NCBI GenBank assembly: GCA_004431415.1
Contig: QPMI01000415.1
Location: forward strand, 241,823 to 305,822
DNA length: 64,000 bases
DNA from: Cyanophora paradoxa CCMP329
Taxonomy: Eukaryota; Plantae; Glaucophyta
Reading direction: 5' to 3'
Both the position numbers and the translations under genes were made by a program. A model generated the notes under the pieces. The model ran no database searches, was not told the DNA's origin, and saw only the letters and a list, made by a program, of their open reading frames with translations. This document shows positions 38,672 through 51,758 of the stretch, piece after piece; position 1 is the stretch's first letter; each line of letters opens with the position of its first letter.

Positions 38672-39725
38672 TTCGCATTTCTAAGTATACTTTCCTACTA
38701 CAACGTCGCCTCAAGATCGGAGTCCGGCCCGTGCACGTGCACGTGGCCGGCTGATAGCGATGTTGTTCATCTTTCGTCTTCGCTGATTTTTAAGCGGCCA
38801 GGCCCTTTTTTGAGAGATCTTATTACTTCTTACAGTATGCAGTTTTCGTCATCATTAGTCGACATTTAGTACTCGTATTCATGTACCATAGAACAAAGGA
38901 GTCCACGATCCGAGATTCATGATGAATCGTTGAGCTTTGTAGCACATCATATGTACAGATTTGAAGCTTGAAATTAAATTCGAAGTGCGTAAATGGATGA
39001 TGAATACTCGAATGATCACCGCGCCCTGGCCCGGCGGGCCGGCTCCTGACCATGCATATAAATGGGGGTCATGATTAGAGGAGGCTGACATATGATGTCG
39101 ACTGGAGAGGAAGACGTCGTCGCGATCGATCATCGCATATATATATATGCATGTACATACTTCGGGAGGATCCGGATAGGGAGGGCAGCTCAACTCTCAA
39201 CTCTAGCTATAGATCTGGATCTGGATATCCTTTCCCGAAGTCCCCATACCGTTCGCCCCGGCCCCGCCCCCTCCCCCCCTCCCCTCCCTCCCCCCCCCCC
39301 CCCGGCAGTCCAAAAATAATCGATGTGCCGATTATGTAATTGGTAATGTACCCGACTAGGGTAGCTGCAGGTCGACTCTGGTCGACACTGCACGTAGGAC
39401 TCTGTCTGCATCGAACCCTCAGGCGATGTACCCGACTGCACCCCTGCGGTCGGACGCCCTCGAACCCTCGAGTTCCCCGATGGCCCCAGATGACGCTAGC
39501 CTTTGCAGCTGCCTTTGCAGCTAGCGCTGGCGCTGCTGTGCCTGACAATATTAATATATTATTACATAGACGTAGTGGGGCTCAATGGATATCTAGACAT
39601 ATATAGTCGACACATTCAAAGCGAAAGCGAAAGTAGGGATTCTATTCATGTTACGCGATATCGAAATACAGCGGAAGCTGCTTTTTATTCAGCTTGAAAT
39701 CGCGCTGTGCTCGTCTAACGCCAGC

Positions 39726-41718
39726 TTACAGCTGGAAAGCGGCCGCCATGGCCAGAAGGGCCGCCGTCGCCATGCCAGCGAGCGTCGGGGTGCCGGCGAC
39801 GCCCGACGAGAGGTAGGGGATCCCCGCCGCAGCCGTCGGCGTCCACGTAAAAGCCTGCGAATCGCGATCGTCAACGTTCGCCGCGGAACGTTCGGAGAGA
39901 TCGTTCGCGTTAGGATGGATCGATGGCTCCAATTTTATGAGCATATTTATATGCATGCGCAAGCCATAATAACAAGACTCTCACATTCAGCAACGTGAAA
40001 GTGCTCTGAAGAAAGCGCGGAGCGGTCAGGACGTATACGCGTACGCGTACATACAAACGAAACAAATATCAATTATAATAATAATCATGGGCGCACGAAA
40101 GAGCCGGCGGGGCTGCTGAACCGGAGACCGTAGTTTGTGCTCGCCGTGAATGCGTTCGTGGCCTGCGATGTGATCAGCTGCAGATGTAGACATTTATCCG
40201 GGATCCGAACGGCTATATATCCGCGCACCGCGAGCAAAGAGCGCTCCATGCGGCGGCCGCTAGCGCTGTTGCAGATGTCTACGGAAGGGATGACTGCCGA
40301 TGATCGTTAACGTTAATGACACAAAACCAAATCGCACGCGTCGTGCACTCCCTGGGCTCGCGATCGTATGAATGTTAACGCATCTATTAATTTCACTGGA
40401 CACGACGTCGACTGTGATGTCGCCTATTTTTAATTCGGCCTCAATGTGGCCAGAACACGAGAACGCACGGAATGTGATCAGTGTGGCACTGATGATTCTG
40501 CCGTTTTGGGCCTTGCACTCGCGCGCCCCAGACACGATGAACACGTTGATGTCGGAGGGGTAGGGGCCGGGGAAGTCCTGGAAGGCGTTTATCACAAAAG
40601 TATTATAAAACCTCGACGTACACATTCGAATTCGAATTCGAACGTAGACGTTGCATTGACTAGAGTTAGGATTCGAATTGCTATTATCTCCGATGATGAG
40701 AGACGACGGTGAAGCAATCGGAAAGTAATTATAGCCCGGCCGGCCCGGCGGTTCGAATTAATCCATCGAACCTTTCCGTTAATGCTGACTTCGTTGCCGC
40801 CGGCTTGGGGCGCCCGGATGACAGGCTGGTTCGTGTCGGCCGTGTTGGTGTCGGGGTCGAAGGTCAGATTGAACGAGCCGCTGATGCCTTGCACCGTGAT
40901 CGTCGCCAAGTTCTGCGTGATGATCAGCCGAGCGCGGAGTTCAAAGCAAACACCGCAACAGACTGGAAATTGGCCTGAAAGTCTTAATTCGAATCTAGAA
41001 TTCAAATAAAATTCATGAAACGCACCAGCACCGGGGGCTTAGCCGTGGGCGAAGGCGACGGGGATGGGGACGGCGTGGGACTTGGGCTCGCAAAGGGCGA
41101 CGGGGTGGCAGACGCCGACGGGCTGGGCGACGGGCTCGGGCTCGGGGTGGCGGATGCCGACGGGCTGGGCGACGGACTGGGCGATGGACTGGGCGACGGA
41201 CTCGGTGATGGCCTGTCGCCGGAACGTGTCATATATTATCGGTTAATCGATGCAGTCTTGGAGCTCTGAGTCTTATACATTATACCGCGCGCAAATTCGA
41301 TGATATAATCAAATCTAAGAGTAGCGCACGAGGGAGAGGGAGTTGGCGTCGAGGGAGCAGAGCATACTCCGTTAGTGACGTTCCCCGTGCAGTAGCAAAA
41401 AACGTCCGCAACAACTGCGCCGTCGTAGCAGCTGTGGACGCAGTACGAGTCCCCATCCGTGAAGAGAATGAAGGGCCCAAGGCTGGTGCCGGCAGGATTT
41501 GCTTGGCTTACGTAGAATCCGCCCCGCTCTTGGGTGCACTCAGTGGAGGTGCAGGCATTGATGTCGCCAATGACACCGTTGGCTAAATCCAGGCAGTTTC
41601 CACTCGTGCATGCGGCGGACGCAACGAAGCCGCAGGCTGCGCGCGCGCTGCCGGAGAGGGCTAGCAGCAGAACGACGCCGAGGAGGGCGGGTAACGTTCG
41701 CGTAGCCAGAGATACCAT
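39726..41718 (-). CDS. Secreted, probably GPI-anchored glycoprotein with Cys-rich domain and (Ser-Pro)n hydroxyproline-type stalk
   Basis: Signal peptide MVSLATRTLPALLGVVLLLALSGSARA, a Cys-rich domain, (SP)n at about 41045-41215 and a beta-rich domain. Terminal exons splice in phase: IIPSVDICNSASGRRMERSLLA|...ATNAFTASTNYGLRFSSPAGSF|STFTLLN|AFTWTPT...SSGVAGTPTLAGMATAALLAMAAAFQL*. Confidence 0.75.
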
Positions 41719-42615
41719 GGTTCAACGGTAGTCTCTAGGTCGCGGCTTATACGTATACGTACGACCGTGCGTACGCGTAGCCTAGTAGTGCGTACTACAG
41801 CTGGCTGGGCAGGGGGCCTAGGCCTTGGGCAGCTTGGCAGCCTCGCAGTGCGAGCGGGGCATCTGGAGCCTGGAGAGCCTCATCATGAGCTGCAGCCTGC
41901 AGCTGGCCATGGGGCCCGCCGCCCGCGGCAGCCGCCTGGAGGCTGTGGCTACCGGTACTCAGTGAGCATGACTAGCTAAAAGCTTTATAATATATACTAG
42001 TAGTAGGCTACTAGTAGCCTGCGGTAGGACTCCGTAGGAGGTAGCTGCATGCGCAGCCCTGAGCCTGCAGGCTGCAGATCGGCGACGAATCGCCGACGAT
42101 TCGGCGTGGTACTAGTACCGTACTACGGTACGGTGCTCATGATCGGGGGCCCGGCCCGCCCGGGGGCTCAGCTACGGAGCCTACGGGCTCAAATGCATAT
42201 GCAGGGCATTCAATGATTGCAGGCCCCGGGCCCATACCGTATAACATGTACACTTAATAGCCGCTGAGCCGCTAATACCCGCTATTAGGAGGCTCAGGAG
42301 CCTCAGGTTTGAGTCCGACCGTTTGAGTCCCGGGAGTCAATCGATTTAGATATATCTGGACCAGTCGGCCCCAGTGGCCTAGGCCTGGCAGTGGGGGCCT
42401 AACTGATCGAGCTCCCACAAAAAAACGTCCTCGGGACGCATGGAGGGCTCTTACTAGCCTCTTAGACTCGAAGTCAGATTATGAGTCAGATCTAGTCATG
42501 AATCATGCATATGATTCTAGTCTTAAACTTAGCTAGGCCAGCCTGGCCAGCTAGGACTCTAGCCTAGGAGCCGGCCCTCAGCCGGGAGCCAAAATGGTCT
42601 CCCATGACCCGGTCC

Positions 42616-43249
42616 TTTTTGTTTTTTTGCAAAAGTGGACGTCGACGTCGCAACGGTCGCATTGATACACCACGGCACATGTACCAAATTACTACCAATT
42701 GCAATGTTCTACGTGACGTGCCCTTCCGAGTCACTTCCGACCAGTCGACTATCTACTATCTAGCCGAAGATGCTGGCTAGTTGCCGGCCATGGTCGCTCA
42801 ATATGGGAGGTTCGCCTGAGTGGGGGAGCCATGGTTTTCGGTGATAGCCGTATATACGTAGCCAGACCCGCGCGCCCACCCCTTGATCAACTCCTCCATC
42901 CCTCATGAGCCCTGGAAGTGAAATGTCCCGCAGTCCGGTCCGCCGCCCTCCCTTGCCGTCGCGATCGCTCCACCCTCCCTCCTCATCCCCGCCCCTCCTC
43001 CTCCCTCCTCCTCACCTGCGCCCCAGGACACCGATTAGTCGGTGTCCCGTCTTGTCAAGGTGAAGAAGGTGCTAGGAGGAGGAGAGGAGGAAGGAGAGGG
43101 AGTAGGCAGAGGCGGCAGCAGCCCTCAGGCTCCCAGCTCTCTGCTCCACCTGCATCTGCCCGCGCTCCCTCCACTCTGTCATCCCTGCGCCTCTTACCGC
43201 CCCGCCCCGCATCCGCTGCCCACCTTCGGGCCCCTGCTGCCGCCTCTGA
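42616..43249 (-). mobile_element. 5'-truncated, 5'-inverted copy of the LINE at 51024-64000
   Basis: 42616-43121 aligns to 51024-51456 (poly(T) plus 3' end). 43129-43249 is the reverse complement of about 51443-51557. Confidence 0.9.
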
Positions 43250-44674
43250 CTCCAGACTCCAGAGTCCCCGCCGACTCCCCGGGCCCCGGTCAGAGTCCCA
43301 GCAGGACTCCAGGTCCGGAGTCCAGGCCTAGGAGTCCAGGACTCCAGCCTCCAGGTCCAAGCCCAGGACTGCCAGTCTGGCAGGAGTCCGGTCCCAGCCT
43401 GAGAGCCTGGGACTCTGGGAGGCTGGGACTCCTCGCCGAGTCCTCGGCTTTTTAAACAGCCGGCCGCTCGCGATCGACCCTCGCCATCGTGAATCTTGAT
43501 TGACTGACATTGTCTGACAGATCTAGACAGTGACAGTGAGTTGTGTGCACTTTGCAATTGCATTCGGGTTTTGAACGATTCGATCCCGATTGCGGCGTCG
43601 AACGAAGGATCGAACAAACGAAAAAAAGTCGCCAGACAAGCCCAGCCGAAATCAAAGCGGATCCGGAGCACAGCGAGTGACTGGCGCGAGACCGGGCGCG
43701 TATACGTACTAGTAGGAAGTGCATTTTTGATCAGCCGAGATGAGTGGTCTCCCGCCAGAACCTCGCTACTAGGCTAGCTCGCCGCGCGAAAGTTGGCCTC
43801 CGAGGCTCGGAGGTCGCTGCGCCCCGGCCCCCTCTTCAGCCCTCGACAGCGCAAGGCAGCTCAAGGCCCGCTCAGGCTCCCCCGCTCCCCCCAACTGCCC
43901 TTCCCGGGACTCAAACGCTGGGGCAATAACTTAGTTGAGGGGCAACTTAGTAAGACGCCGGCCGGGCGCACTGCTAGCTCGGCGAACTCGCTGCGAAAGT
44001 CGGCTTTCCCTCGTCGCCTAAGACTCGCCTTTGCACGTATGACCATACATCTAGGAACGTTTTGTACGCAAATTGTACCGCGCCCGCGAGCCTCGGAGAG
44101 ACTGAGCATCTGATATGCATTAAGAGGCGTACTAGCTCCGAGTAGCTCGCCGAGTCGTGTTAAACGCTTCGGTCTCTCGCCAATCGCTCCCCCTAATTTA
44201 ATCGAGCCGAACCGAACAGAAGTACTACGGTACTAGTGTCCGACTCGGCGACGGTCACGGTGAGAGCGAAAATTCATTCTTTCGCATTAAGTAGTTATAA
44301 GCTGCTGGTACTCATAGCCTGCGGCACGGCTGCTGCATAGCACCGTCGGGCTGGGGCTCTCGTGCGCGCTGCCGGGCTGCGTGCGCGCTCTCGTGCGGGT
44401 TCGAATCCGGCCCGGCCGGTCCTCATTCATAAGCATAGACGACATTTAGTATACGAAGTCCCTTTAATTTCATGTATACGTACTATATATATAGACCAAG
44501 GAGTCAGGCAAGGCTAACCAACGACGTCGACAGGAGAGCCCTTGGGGAAAAGGCGACTGAGGAGGAGCTCGAGCTGGAGGACATGAACGTCGGAGAAAGC
44601 CAGTCCAACCTTCCCCCCCAGACCTTTCGCCCACGCTCCCCTCTCGTCCCCAACTTGCCCCCGTTCCTTGAGCG

Positions 44675-45918
44675 ATGATCCGCATCCGAAGCGCAACGCC
44701 GGCGTGCCTTCTCTTGTGCGCGATTATCGCGGCCTGCGCATGCGCGGCGGAGATCGATCTGCGCGGGGGCTCGAGCTCGGAGCTCGAGTCGGCCACGGAG
44801 CCGGCCGCGGGTGCACGTGACGACTTCGAGGACGTGCCCACGCAGAGCGCGACGTGGCTTCTCCCGCGCACGGTCTCGCATCTCGACATTGAGCGCTACT
44901 CAGGTGCCGCCGCGCGCGCGCGCGGAAGATACAAGATGCCGCGAAATTTATTTACATGCGGATTTTGCGAATTGGCCGCAAAAACTGTGATACGCGCGCT
45001 TGCAAATTGGTTCACGCAGGGCGCTGGTACGAGCAGGCATCCAGTGTATTTGTGAAGGTCGGCCATTATTTTCGCGCGCCGATCAACGTTGTCCGGTTGT
45101 CAGTACTAGCTACACGTGCCGACGTCGACGCTTTCGCTGCAGGCTGTTATCGAGCGCGGGTGCGCGTGCGTCACCGCGGACTACACCGAGCGCGATGACG
45201 GGAAAGTGGACGTCCTGAACCGCTGCACGGAGGGTGCAGGCGGCCGCGAAATCGTCGTCAAAGGCACCGCGGAGGTCCCCGGTCCGTCTCGCCGGGCCGG
45301 ATCCCGACGTCGACCCGAGCCCGAAGTTTTTTTCGCGCGCGCGTGCATGCACAGATCCCGAAGAGCCGGGAAAGCTGCAAGGTCGGCGCCATATGCTGGC
45401 CATATGAATGGTCACTGACCTTGGGTTTCCCAGTCCGGCTCTCCCCGAACCCCTTCCCCGCCCCCTACTGGGTCGCTCTGCTCGGCCCTGTCCGCGAGAC
45501 CGAGTGCGAGCCTCACTTCTTTGATTTCCTTGCTTTATGATTTAAGCAAATGCGATGTCTAATTCTTCAAGGCGCGCAGCGAGGGGCGCAAGGAGTACGC
45601 GTGGGCTGTCGTGACGGACCCGACGCGCCTCTCCCTCTGGATCCTCTCCCGCCCCCGCGCGGTCCGCATGTCCAATTCAGATTAAATCTTCGAATTCAAA
45701 CTGACGCACGTGCTTTGGCGGCGCAGATGGACGACGAGACGTACGCGCACGTGCTGGCCCGCATGCGCGGCGCGAGCCTGCCCGTCGCCCTGCTCCGCCG
45801 CACCGAGCAGGGCGGCGCCTGCAGCTACGCCTCTGCCCCCTCCGCGGGCGGCCCCGCCCCCGTCAACTTCGACGGCGACGCCGCGGGTGCGTGGCGGGGG
45901 CCGGGCGTCCTGGCGTGA
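44675..45918 (+). CDS. Secreted lipocalin (ApoD/Blc/TIL-like)
   Basis: Signal peptide, then TVSHLDIERYS|GRWYEQAS (SCR1), CVTADYTERDDGKVDVLNRC, APYWVALL, YAWAVVTDPTRLSLWILSR (SCR3) and MDDETY...TEQ. Confidence 0.92.
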
Positions 45919-46156
45919 GCTCGTGCAGACAGCGACTTCGCCCCTTCAGCTTCGCATCCCGCGAGCCCGCTTGGCATACACTTAAGCTTATTGCAGCGAA
46001 AGCCTTGTAGATTAAATCTTTGGCGCAAAATTTAAAGTAGAATTGTAATTACCGCTTGATGGCGCGCCCGATCGCAGCTATCTGCTTTATTTAGCCGTAG
46101 TGGGAGCGAGTTTACGCGGGGGCGGGAGAGGCGCGCGAGGGAGCTCGAGGCCTAGG

Positions 46157-46179
46157 GTGTGTGTGTGTGTGTGTGTGTG
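46157..46179. repeat. (GT)n microsatellite
   Basis: About 11 perfect GT units. Confidence 0.9.
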
Positions 46180-46463
46180 GATTTTTGCAGCACTGCGCAT
46201 GGGCATGCCCTCGGAATCATTAACAGTCACTGAGTGTTAATGAATCCGCCCCGGCCTCGACATTAATTTCTTATACGTTACTAAGTTACTTATACGTCTT
46301 ATACGAGGTATGTGCTGATATCGATGTCGACGCTGAAAGATCACGTGCGAAGGGCTCGAATTTCGAAGGGAGCGTGTCGTGCAAATTTTCAATGACCAAC
46401 TACAGAATCAGAAGCTCAAGCTTAAGGGGCCGGCACGGGTGCGGCGGGCGGGCCGGCGCGCGC

Positions 46464-49400
46464 CTAGGCCTGAACATGTACACAGCCCGAGCCGCCTACG
46501 AGCCGCTGGTCGCCTCCGCATCTGCATCGACGTCGACGCGGTTTAGGAGGCGCCTCTGCCGCCCGCGGACCCCGCCCGGGAGCAGCGCGGTCCGCGCGCG
46601 GCGCTCCGTTTCGAGGATCCAGCCGCGGACCTGCCGCGCGCCACCGGATCGAAACGGGCGCATGCGCGCGCTCGCGCATGCGCACGAGGGCGACGGCCCT
46701 TAGGCCCGCGAAGGCGCGAGCTGCGCCCCGAACGACCAGATTCGCTGCAGCTTTGCCGTACAGTTTGCGTGCCGCCCCGGCGGTCGCAGTGGGGACGAGG
46801 ACGAGCGCGAGGGCGGTGAAGAGCGTGCCAGGGTCCCCCTCCCCCCGCATGACCGGCCGCCAGCGGGAGTGGGCGGCGTCGCCCAAAAGGAGCCGCCCGG
46901 CGCGCGAAGCCAGCAGTGCCTGCGCATGCATATGCCACGCCGATCGGGAGTCAAGCCAAGAGGACGGTCGAGCACGATATCGATCGCGAAGCGCTCAAGC
47001 TACAGGCGGACCAAGAACAGAGCTCCTGCCGCCCAGCAATCGATGAAGAACCAGAGAGAATCGTAGCACAGAATGCACTGCAGCAGAGTTGGTGAGAAGC
47101 CTGGCGATAAGCCTAAGATATACGGTCCATTTTGGCAATCAGTCTTATTAGTATGCTTCATTAGTACCTGCTTCGCCTCGGGATCAGGCTCCTTGATGGT
47201 GACGGCGCCACTCCCAAAGAACAGAAACGACCCGAGAATCGCTGGCATTTCGACGATAAAAACGTACATTAAGATGTACTGCAGCAATAAACGCTGGAAT
47301 TGAAGCGATTCGCGAATACATATGCGAGGCGGGTCGTGGTCAGCGTTTTGCGAAATTTAAAGCAACCTCATATGCATTTAATTATAAGCGAAATCACGGA
47401 TATTCGATATTTATAAAAAATCTAAATCGATATTGTGCGCGGATCAGGAGAGCTCACGAAAGCTTGCGTGATTCGATTCGGCTCAAAGAAAGCAGTTTCG
47501 CCCTGCGCCCTGCTTTAATACATACGATAGATATATACGATTTCTCACGCGCGCGAGCACATTCGCCGACTGGTACGCGTGACGCAGGAACGGGAATATA
47601 AAAAGCGTGATACAATGGCACAAGAGCGCGAGCAGCGTGACGGCCAGCAGGTCGCAGCTGGGGGCGGCTACATCCGTTGCAGGGGCCGGAGTGTGCAGAC
47701 GCATGCGGAATTGCACGAGAAGACTCGGGATCCGGGTGAGCGCCACTGGCCGTATATTTCACGCTCGATTACACCGATATCATATTTAACAGAGGAACGC
47801 ACCGGGAGCGGAAAGTAGAACAATGAACGTGCAGAATGCACTGAAGAGAGCCGCCACGGAAAGAAGGAAGCCGGCGGCCTTCGCGAGCCACCGGTACCGG
47901 GGATCGATGTCTGGCGCCCAGAGCCATCCAAGGGGCGGAGATTCGGACTTCGCCAGCACTCTGCACGCGCTCAAAGATATCAGGAGGTCGGACTGACGTC
48001 GGACGTCGGGATTTATATTATCCATGCCGAGAGAAGCGGCGTCGACGTCGGATATTATATTATCCGTGCCGAGAGAAGCGGAGGCTCAAGGGCAGGACCG
48101 GAAGGGCCAGCAGGAGGCCTTGATGACGACGGCGAACGCAGGAAGCTTAAGCCCCAGGAACGGGCCGCGCTCCAACAGACAGAAGCAGATCCCGGCCAGC
48201 CCGCCCTGCAACCGTTGAAGTCGAAGGCGAGAGGTTCGTATTTGTACTAAGTATACAGGATTCTTATTTATTCGAACCGTTCTCTTGAAGGTCGTGACGT
48301 GGCACGGGAGCCATGGGAGGGACGCGCGGCAGAGGAGGCTGGCGATCAGCGCCTGCACGCGCAAGCGCATGGAATGAAGAACAACCAGCTAATTATATAA
48401 ACTACGACGCAGGTTCAATCCGAATTGAGGAGCGCACGGTTACGGTTGTGACGAAGCACCCCAAAATACGCAAGAAGAGGAGACGATAGAAAGCCCGCGG
48501 CGGCGCCTGCGCAAGCGCTCACACGACATCGATATATATATCGCGCGGGAAAATTCGACGCATGCGTAGAGTTTGAGCTTCGAATAAGCTTAAGCGAACC
48601 TCTTCGAGAGTGAAATTCCCCAGGGGACCGGGCTTGGCCGCAGGGAGGGTCCAGGCGTACATAGACCCGGCAGGGAGGTCCGGGACATTGCTGCCGTCGC
48701 CTCCCTCCCTGGACGCCTGCACACGAGAGGCGCAGGCATCGCCGACCGCGCGCTCGAACTCCTCGACCGCCCAACTGCGAGCTCGCAATTGAGCCGTTAA
48801 CGTTGAAGCGCCAAGCTTAAGGTCTGGCATCGACACAGCGGCGCGGCGCACGCGATCACGAAGACAGCCATCAGGTTCTCGCCCAACATGGATACGAAAT
48901 CCGCGAGCTGGAAGAACGAAGCTTCCGCGGGATGGGAACCGTTGTGGCGAGCGTGATGGCGAGTATTCGGTGCGCTCCGGGGCATGAACGGATGCGTCTT
49001 GACCAATCGAAATCGCGATTGCGCATGCGAGCCGCCGGCGCCGTTTCCGACCAGGAGGTGGAAGAGAACGAGTCCCGTCGTGAGGCGAGCCGCAAGAATA
49101 GCCAGGAGGGCGACGGCGCGTCTGCATAAACTTGCATAAGCCAAGCTCGCAACCGATCATGATCTTGGCTTCGAATTCAGGATCGTACCTCGAGCGTGTC
49201 CAAACAATCGCAGCGGAAGCAAAGGCGGCAAGCTTATGTGTCTGCCGGAATTGATTGATAAGTTATTATAAGATAGCGCAAGACTGGAATCAAATTACTG
49301 CATTGAAATTAGCGATTCGGCTGCCGAGATCGCGGTAGAGCGCCCTCCAAAGTCCCCAGGGCGGAAGCGGTGGAAGCGGATCCGGAACCTCCGAAAACCG

Positions 49401-49805
49401 AATCTGATCACCGAGCCATGACGGTATTTCGCGCAGGATTAGCGGGGAAATTCGAAGAATATAAGAGCTATGCACGCGCGCGCCGCTGCTGACGGCTGAC
49501 CTGAGCACTGCAGATTTCGCATTTCTTCGAATTCCAGTCGCTTTCCGACCTCTGCAGCCAAGTTTCGCAGCACTCCTGCGGGCGCCGACGTGAATCGCGG
49601 GCGCCGGCGCCGTCGCGCGCCGGCGCCACGCCCTTCTGTTGCGCACCTCGTGGACGAAGGACAAGCTGCCGACGCAATTACATGGCTGGAAGAGCTCCCG
49701 TTCGTCGTCCTCGATGGGCCCGCCACGGCAGATGCGGCAGACGCGTTCGTCCGCATCTGTGTGCAGATCCTCGCGATCGCTCCCCGCGCGGCGCCGGCGA
49801 TGCAT
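46464..49805 (-). CDS. RING-CH (RINGv) E3 ubiquitin ligase with many TM segments, MARCH6/Doa10-like
   Basis: CRICRGG...LFQPCNCVGSLSFVHE|ECCETWLQRS...KCEIC gives a C4HC3 RING, followed by many hydrophobic exons down to about 46.5 kb. The 3' boundary is approximate. A 14-aa coding tandem duplication lies at about 48002-48081. Confidence 0.8.
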
Positions 49806-50582
49806 GCAGCTGCTCTGTGTGCGACTAAAGAAGCTGTTGTCACCGTACACCACCGCACCGGCGCGGGGAAGAGCTTTGAGTTCGAGAGAGGGTCTCGCGA
49901 TCCGATGATCGATCCCTATAGATCTCGCGATCGCTTTGTCTGAAACAAATATCCCCTCTAGATCTCTTGTATAATTCCCTCCCCCCCCTCTATAGATCTC
50001 CTGAAACTCCCTTCCCCCAGTATATAATAGTGTTCGATTCGAGACGCGAAGCCGCTTTGTCTTCAGCCTGGCCTGTTTGTGTCTCTACGGCCGGGAAGAC
50101 CGCGGCAATATTAATAACGCGTTTCTAAAATTAAACCCAGATATAGAATGACTGCAACTGCAAGCTTAAGGTATACGTAGGGCGCCGGCCTCAGCCGGGG
50201 TCGATCAGCTGCGCGTCGGCAAATCGCCCGCGCAGGCTATTTTTAATAAGACAGCTGCTCCACGGCGGGTGAAATCTGCGCCACGGCACATGCCTTTCAA
50301 TTCGCCCGCCAAGAGGTTTAATTTGCGCCGCGAAAAAATATCTAGATCGACACCGCTGCGATTTTCGCAAGTCAAAGCCGCCGGTTCATGATCCGACCAT
50401 CAATATCGGATCGATATATCAGCATCAGCCGCATGAGCACCGTGGCACCTGATCGATCATGAATTCGAATATATCTGCTGCATTCGCAGCAGCAGCGACG
50501 CATAATCGAGCAGCTGTATCATAGTATGCCATGATGCGCATGTGCAGGTGCCGCCGGGCCGCATGCGCAGTGCTCGCTTAAA

Positions 50583-51023
50583 TTGATATACACAACCGGC
50601 TATATATGCACAGGTACGGGTGTTGCAATCATTGATCATTGAATTGACTCGCGATCAGTGATCGCGAAATTGCGAATAATTCTCGCCGGGAGAGATAGGC
50701 TGTACAGGTGCAGGGGAGACCAAAGGAAGATCTAGAAGGGCCTAACCAAAACTAGCTTTACGAACCACACAAAATTCAGACGGTTTTTACTAGCTACCAT
50801 CACATCACGAACGAACTAGTACTCGTCGAACGCGTGGTTGCATTGATATGCACACAACCAGCTATGCACAAGTACGGGTTTTGCAATTGAATCGCGATCA
50901 TTGATCATCGGATGCGCGAAACGAAGCGAGGGTAAAATTGCGAGTAGGCTGTACAGGTACAGGGGAGAACTAGACCAAAAGAAGATCTAGAAGAGCCTAA
51001 CCAAGACACACAAAAATTGCGGA
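50583..51023. repeat. Diverged tandem duplication of about 200 bp (50583-50790 and 50843-51023); the LINE tail abuts the end of the second unit
   Basis: Both units share ttgatat..cacaacc.gctat..gcaca.gtacggg..ttgcaat, taggctgtacaggt.caggggaga, gaagatctagaag.gcctaaccaa and cacacaaaa. Confidence 0.8.
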
Positions 51024-51606
51024 TTTTTTTTTTTGCAAAAGTGGACGTCGCATTGATACACCACGGCACATGTATCAATGTTCTACGTGACGTGCCCTTC
51101 CGACCGGTCATCTATCTAGCCGAGGGTGCTAGCTACGTGCCGGCCATGGGTCGCTCAATATGGGAGGTTCGCCTGAGTGGGGGAGCCATGGTTTTCGGTG
51201 ATAGCCGTAACCAGACCCACGCGCCCACCCCTTGATCAACTCCTCCATCCCTCATGAGCCCTGGAAGTGAAATGTCTCGCAGTCCGCCGCCCTCCCTTGC
51301 CGCCGCTCCGCCACGCCTCCTCCTCCCCACTCCGCCTCCTTCCTCCTCCTCACCTGCGCCCCAGGACCCCGATTAATCGGTGTCCCGTTTTGTCGAGGTG
51401 AAGAAGGTGGTAGGAGGAAGATATGAGGAAGGAGAGGGAGTGGGCGGAGGCAGCAGCTTGGGGCGGGCAGCGGATGCGGGGCAAGGCAGGGAGAGGTGCC
51501 GGGACGGCAGAGTGGAGAGAGCGTGGGCACTGACAGGCGACGCAGAGAGCTGGGAGTGCGGAGACGAGGCGGGCCGCGAGGGGTCGGGAGGGGTCGACCG
51601 GGTTAG

Positions 51607-51758
51607 AGGGGGGGGCCGAGGCCAGGGGGGTGGCCGAAGCCATGGGGTTGGCCGAAGCCAGGGGGGTGGCCGAAGCCGATGGGGTGGCCGAAGCCAAAGG
51701 GGGGGCCGAGGCCATTGGGGGGGCCGAAGCCATAGGGGTGGCCGGAGCCAGCGGGGGG
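51607..51758. repeat. 18-bp minisatellite near the LINE 3' end, encoding P(L/M)ASA(T/P) repeats
   Basis: About 8 units of ggggtggccgaagcca-type sequence. Confidence 0.85.

Noticed and set aside
44472-44678. Short acidic ORF just upstream of the lipocalin
   Set aside because: No recognisable domain or exon context.
46218-46242. Short inverted repeat cattaaca...tgttaatg
   Set aside because: 8-bp arms are unremarkable in this palindrome-rich genome.
51607-51758. Regular short repeats as a CRISPR array
   Set aside because: Head-to-tail minisatellite without unique spacers, in a eukaryotic context with no cas genes.
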